Source: Andalucia godoyi And28 (lineage: Eukaryota; Protista; Jakobida). From it: a DNA stretch of 64,000 nt. Location: NCBI GenBank assembly GCA_009859145.1, contig VRVR01000017.1:321107-385106 (forward strand). Direction: 5' to 3'. The position numbers and the translations under genes are program-made. The notes below the pieces were generated by a model. It saw nothing but the letters and a program-made list of their open reading frames with translations, made no database searches and had not been told where the DNA came from. Position 1 is the first letter of the stretch. Every line of letters begins with the position of its first letter. Shown here piece after piece: positions 62,682-64,000 of the stretch.

Positions 62682-63911
62682 ATGAATCAAACAACTGTTC
62701 CTCCTGGTTCCAAAAACAAGGCACCGCATGTTGGCATTTCACAGCCCATGCCATTGCGACCCCAGCCAAGTGGCTCGTCCTCATCTTCTGCCAATCCTCT
62801 GTTCAACCCGGAACTTTCCTCCGTCTTCGGATCAGGTTCTTCTCAGTCACCGTTCGTCTCGTCCTCCACCAACAGTACCACTGTAACTCCGCATACCAAT
62901 CAAGCAACGAGTTCTTCGAATGGAAATGGGGCATCGAGCTCCTCTTCCTCTCGAAATTCGGCATTTTTGCCAGCCTCTCCTCCCATGGATGGATCCAGTT
63001 TCCAAGTACCAGTTTCGGATGGCTCCGGTTCTATTCCAACGCCTCCAGCAGAACCAAAGCCAAAGAGGCCACGCAAGAAGAATGTGGACGTAGACTCTGC
63101 GCCTGCTGTCCCCCCTGCATCCGGAATATCTGTTGGACCGCTGGCCCCATCGCCGGGCGTGACGGATGTGTTTCCTGTGTCCGTTGTGCCGCTCGTCGGT
63201 TTTTCTGCATGTCCTTCCGATACAGATGTCCGCTATATAGTCTCAAAGGGGGTTCCATCTTTTGGTGTTGTACCTGCGCCTGTTGGCCTCATTAAGAATG
63301 TTCCACAGCCAGCTCCGGCTTCTGCTGTCACCAATGCCACCTTGCCGTCCGCAGTCGCATCGCCAGTTTCTGGACCTTCTCATGAGGACATTACGCCCGA
63401 AAGTGCTCCCACAAAGCCGTCGCAAAAGATTAAGAATCGCGTGGAGCTGTGCCGCTCTGCATATGCAATCGGTGCACAGTCAGCAGATGCGCGCACTCAT
63501 TCTTCGTATTACAATCTCAGTGTTTTCGTTTCTGCACTAAGAGAAGAAGATTTCCCCAACGGTGCAGAAGACATGTTTATGGAAGTTGTAGCGTTGCAAG
63601 ATGGAAAGCCTGTGAAGTTGGATGTCAAGCTTACGTCGTACACACCCCGGAAAAAGCCAGGGGAAGACGGATCGCGGCCGTTCTTCGAATCGCTCAGCTT
63701 GCATCGTGTGCAAATGTTCATGGATCCCATGATCCAAAAGTACACGTGCGAATACCGGGCGACGTTTTGCATGTGGCTGCCAGAAGTTCCAAGAGGAAAC
63801 AGACAACATGCACGAAAAGACTTTGCGTTCCAAGTGACGGTCAATACTCGGGATTCTCGATGGTCTTGGATCGGACTGACAGACCCCTTCCACTTTATTT
63901 CTAAATCATAA
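62682..63911 (+). CDS. Pro/Ser-rich protein with a C-terminal beta-rich (possibly Ig-fold DNA-binding) domain
   Basis: Disordered N-terminus with KPKRPRKK NLS; C-terminal DFAFQVTV..TDPFHFISK. Confidence 0.55.
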   Translation: MNQTTVPPGSKNKAPHVGISQPMPLRPQPSGSSSSSANPLFNPELSSVFGSGSSQSPFVSSSTNSTTVTPHTNQATSSSNGNGASSSSSSRNSAFLPASPPMDGSSFQVPVSDGSGSIPTPPAEPKPKRPRKKNVDVDSAPAVPPASGISVGPLAPSPGVTDVFPVSVVPLVGFSACPSDTDVRYIVSKGVPSFGVVPAPVGLIKNVPQPAPASAVTNATLPSAVASPVSGPSHEDITPESAPTKPSQKIKNRVELCRSAYAIGAQSADARTHSSYYNLSVFVSALREEDFPNGAEDMFMEVVALQDGKPVKLDVKLTSYTPRKKPGEDGSRPFFESLSLHRVQMFMDPMIQKYTCEYRATFCMWLPEVPRGNRQHARKDFAFQVTVNTRDSRWSWIGLTDPFHFISKS

Positions 63912-63945
63912 ATTAAAATTAATTAATTAAAATAAAACACACACA

Positions 63946-63951
63946 CAGAGA

Positions 63952-64000
<49 letters not shown>
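63946..64000. repeat. (GA)n microsatellite at the window end
   Basis: Direct reading. Confidence 0.95.

Noticed and set aside
1-64000. tRNA, rRNA or spliceosomal snRNA genes; intact transposase or Fanzor ORF
   Set aside because: No cloverleaf with A/B boxes, no U1/U2/U4/U5/U6 signatures, and no long ORF with RuvC D-E-D motifs were found by eye. A covariance-model scan could still reveal divergent RNAs.

Overview
Gene-dense, intron-poor eukaryotic nuclear DNA (about 40 protein genes in 64 kb, AT-rich intergenic spacers with microsatellites). It is probably from a flagellated free-living protist, given PDE6D, SSNA1-like, SAS6-like and katanin-like genes plus a mitochondrial RbfA. A jakobid or other excavate is a guess, not a result. 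Recognisable housekeeping genes include UBA1, RPL5, a USP4/11/15-type DUB, UBC6/UBE2J, NASP, YAE1, adenine deaminase, a mitochondrial carrier and an amino-acid transporter. Main hunt results: (1) Many intergenic gaps hold decayed remnants of Fanzor/TnpB (eukaryotic OMEGA RNA-guided nuclease) elements from at least two lineages. These include a 3-copy family whose conserved core folds into an RNA stem with compensatory changes (candidate omegaRNA) and a tail-to-tail pair of relics at 47.8-48.6 kb. No intact Fanzor ORF lies in the window. (2) A selenoprotein K gene truncated at its UGA in the ORF track, with a well-formed type II SECIS. (3) A gustatory-receptor-like (7TM ion channel) candidate. 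(4) A decayed LINE RT. (5) A 59-aa Cys-rich microprotein and a spliced gene, both missed by the ORF track. (6) Three introns sharing GTATGY...GATYAG ends. All family assignments come from motif recognition by eye. No database searches were run.
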